DNA of 50,131 bases, the filler included, from Sphacelaria rigidula (Eukaryota), in the NCBI GenBank assembly GCA_964200075.2. It is 3 parts of 3 records of this genome, joined end to end, with 100 filler letters (N's around TTAATTAATTAA, not from the genome) between each part and the next. Parts side by side here need not be neighbours in the genome. Positions count along the whole stretch, not along the records: positions 33,490 to 50,131 come from CAXNAA020001293.1; 2 more parts are not named here. One strand, written 5' to 3'. The notes beneath the pieces are model-generated. The model was not told the origin of the DNA, made no database searches, and was given only the letters and a program-made list of their open reading frames with translations. Numbering within the stretch: position 1 is the first letter of the stretch; every line of letters begins with the position of its first letter. Position numbers and translations under genes: made by a program. This document shows positions 47,701-50,131 of this stretch, in pieces.

Positions 47701-48365
47701 AAAAATCTCCACCTTCTTGAGTTTGTCCGCACTGCCCCTGAAAGAGCGGCGGCGATGAGCAGGACGTGGTTCGCACGGCTGCAGCAAGTTACTCTCGCGG
47801 CAATGGTGACTGCCGCGGGGCGAGGGTTGTTCTGCACCGCACAGGTGAAAGCCACGGTGATGGTGGTGACTCTTTCCCCCCCAGAGATTCGCTCGTTCCG
47901 GCATCTCGATTGGTCTGCTGTGTTTTCAGACCGCGTTTGAAAGAACAAATTTCCGAGAAAGATGAAAGCTCGTACAATCACTGTGTCGATGTAAGCCGCT
48001 TTACGAGCTCGCATTTTGAACGATACTCGCGCAAGTCAGTCCCATTACCATCCTGACTTTCAATGTAGTATGCCACGCTCCTGGTCAGGAGAGTGTGACG
48101 GTAACTCCGGGTATCCGCCCCCGCCCTCGCTGATCGCTTAAAACAGAGCCTCTGCCACTCTTGGGATCGTGTTGGAAGGGATTGGTGGTTGATGAGTCGT
48201 GCTAGACCTTGTGCGGGTCGCCAAATGACTAGTGCGTGGCGAGCGTTGTACTGGCGACATTAAAAATATCTTCTGGGATTGTGGTGCAGAAGAACGAGAG
48301 GCAGAACACGCCATGCGTTCTTCCTACACTCCCGCCGCCCCCCTCGAAGATTGAATCGCCCCCCC

Positions 48366-48460
48366 AGCCCTAACCCCAACCCTTAACCCTTACCCAACCC
48401 TTAACCCTAACCCCAACCTTCACCCTAACTGCAACCTTAACACTAACGCCAACCCATACC
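48366..48460. repeat. Degenerate interstitial telomere-like (CCCTAA)n tract
   Basis: About 15 diverged units of CCCTAA, CCCCAA, CCTTAA and CACTAA. Confidence 0.75.
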
Positions 48461-48685
48461 GCGTGTGATCTAAGCTGTGTGGAATAGAAAGAATGCTGCC
48501 GTCGGAAATCCGGCTCATACTACCCCCGTGTTTCTTATCAAGCGGTCCATTTCCAGGACGACGATAAGGTCACACATGATAGTGCTAGGCCCGATGAAGT
48601 GTGAAAACCTATCCCCCACCCCCGCATCCCCTCTTGTCACCCTTGGAGCATCAGTACATCCCCGTCCCGCGTCGTGTATTGACAG

Positions 48686-48895
48686 AACTTGTGCATATTG
48701 GAGGCCACGCTGTCACCGGTGATCCTGCTGATGGTTCCCGTTTTCTTGCTCAAGTGGGTCGATTTCGAGGCGAAATATCATGACACGCTAGAGTGCAGAA
48801 GGGTGCTGGAGACGTACCTCATCGCTGCTGCGGGGTGCATGGCCGCATTGCTTGCGGGAATCGGGAGCAAGACTTTCAGTGCCAGATTGTTGCAG
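48686..48895 (+). CDS. Candidate exon of an unidentified membrane protein (NLCILEATLSPVILLMVPVFLLKW...SARLLQ)
   Basis: Acceptor ttgacag, 210 nt phase 0-0, donor CAG|gtgcgc, two hydrophobic stretches. Confidence 0.55.
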
Positions 48896-49877
48896 GTGCG
48901 CTAGATCAATGGATGGGTACATCGATCGAGCGGTTGAAATTGTTAGTGGCCCCAATCAGTTGCCTGTTTCGCTATGGATCCAGGTGAGCTCATTGGATAG
49001 ATTTACCCAATGAAAGCTGTTGATAGACGCACTTATTGTAATGGAAAATCAAAGCAGACGCTATAGTGTGCACCCAAGCAGAAGCGCGACGAGAGAATAC
49101 CACGATTAACAACGTTTGTGTGTATCATACATGATATAGGCGGGGGAGTAGAAATCTCTGATTCTGCCCGTGCGGATGTTCAAATTCTGATCATTGTGAC
49201 GCTGTGTCGCTGGCATTGGTGAAGCCGGGTCAGGTGTGGTGAGCGACACTGGGTTCTGTTCGTGAGTATCGTATCAAGCAACAGGTGAGGGGTAGAGCTG
49301 TCTTGACGTATGTTTTGCAAAACGAGCACGGTGTTTAGTTCGTGTTCCTGTCCACCGTCAAAAGTCCGATAGATCGTAGTGAATTTTGGACAGTGTACAC
49401 AACAAAAATACTTGTACACTATTGTACGTGGCCTGTACACGAATACAAAAATCAGATACCCAGATATTCAGATACTCAGATGGTGAGATAGATGGTCTAC
49501 ACAGCACCGGTGGCGGTCGGCACTTGAGTGCGGTAATGACATTCCAATTGACCTTTTCAACTCGCAAAGGTGCGTCCATGTGAATATTGAGCTAAGCTGC
49601 GTCAAGAGCTCAAGGTCAACTAACACCGAAAAACGTGCTGGACGGAGGAGCGAAAACTGCCTGAAGTCAACAGCCGCTTGTGAAGCGACGTGAAGTAAAT
49701 AGGTTTGTAACACACACGTGCAGGCCCAAAGCACATCCATGGTGGATATCCATGGTGGACATACCACTGGTGATGGATAAGGTGCCACACAAGAAAGAAC
49801 GAAGCGTCTACCGCAGAACGCACTCTGCTTTTTGACTCAGTAATGAGTGATGTATGGCGTTGAAATGTTGGGAGCAG

Positions 49878-50033
49878 ATTGCGTGGAGGGCGGCAGCAGC
49901 ACGGTCACTGTGGACATGGGAAGACGTGGGCAGAACAGTGCTAGATTCTCCTGGCTGGCTTCACTTCTCGGTGGGGTGGTGGCGACTCATTGCTACAGCT
50001 GTGGCCGGCGTTGGAGTGGCTATGCGGATATTG
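49878..50033 (+). CDS. Next candidate exon of the same membrane protein (IAWRAAAARSLW...LIATAVAGVGVAMRIL)
   Basis: Acceptor gagcag, 156 nt phase 0-0, consensus donor TTG|gtgagt, in frame with 48686-48895. Confidence 0.55.
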
Positions 50034-50131
50034 GTGAGTCAAGGGCTGTGTGTAGTACTTTTGCAAGGGTCGGACAAATAATGATTCGTCTGGAGATTGC
50101 TTGGTTTCAGTATAATTGATTCGACTCGTAC

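Overview
This is eukaryotic, repeat-rich DNA of about 50% GC with spliced genes. The repeat style suggests a stramenopile, probably a brown alga (inference only). The window is not one locus. It is three contigs of almost identical length (1-16646, 16747-33389, 33490-50131) joined by artificial 100-bp N44-TTAATTAATTAA-N44 linkers. Contig 1 holds a 5'-truncated LINE ending in a poly(C) run, several foldback MITEs and minisatellites, and candidate exons of an unidentified and possibly decayed gene. Contig 2 holds two phase-compatible minus-strand exons of the TPR domain of protein phosphatase 5 (PP5). Their 12.1-kb intron contains a decayed Ty3/Gypsy LTR retrotransposon, which has a tRNA-derived SINE inside its 5' LTR. 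Contig 3 is dominated by an 8.1-kb element with ~720-bp terminal inverted repeats. Its decayed interior resembles an intron-containing NOF/MULE-type transposase followed by a PHD finger and a Ulp1/C48-like protease. Contig 3 also has SINEs, a piggyBac-type MITE, an interstitial telomere-like tract and two exons of a probable membrane protein. No rRNA, true tRNA gene or CRISPR array was found. All family assignments come from reading motifs by eye; no database search was run.
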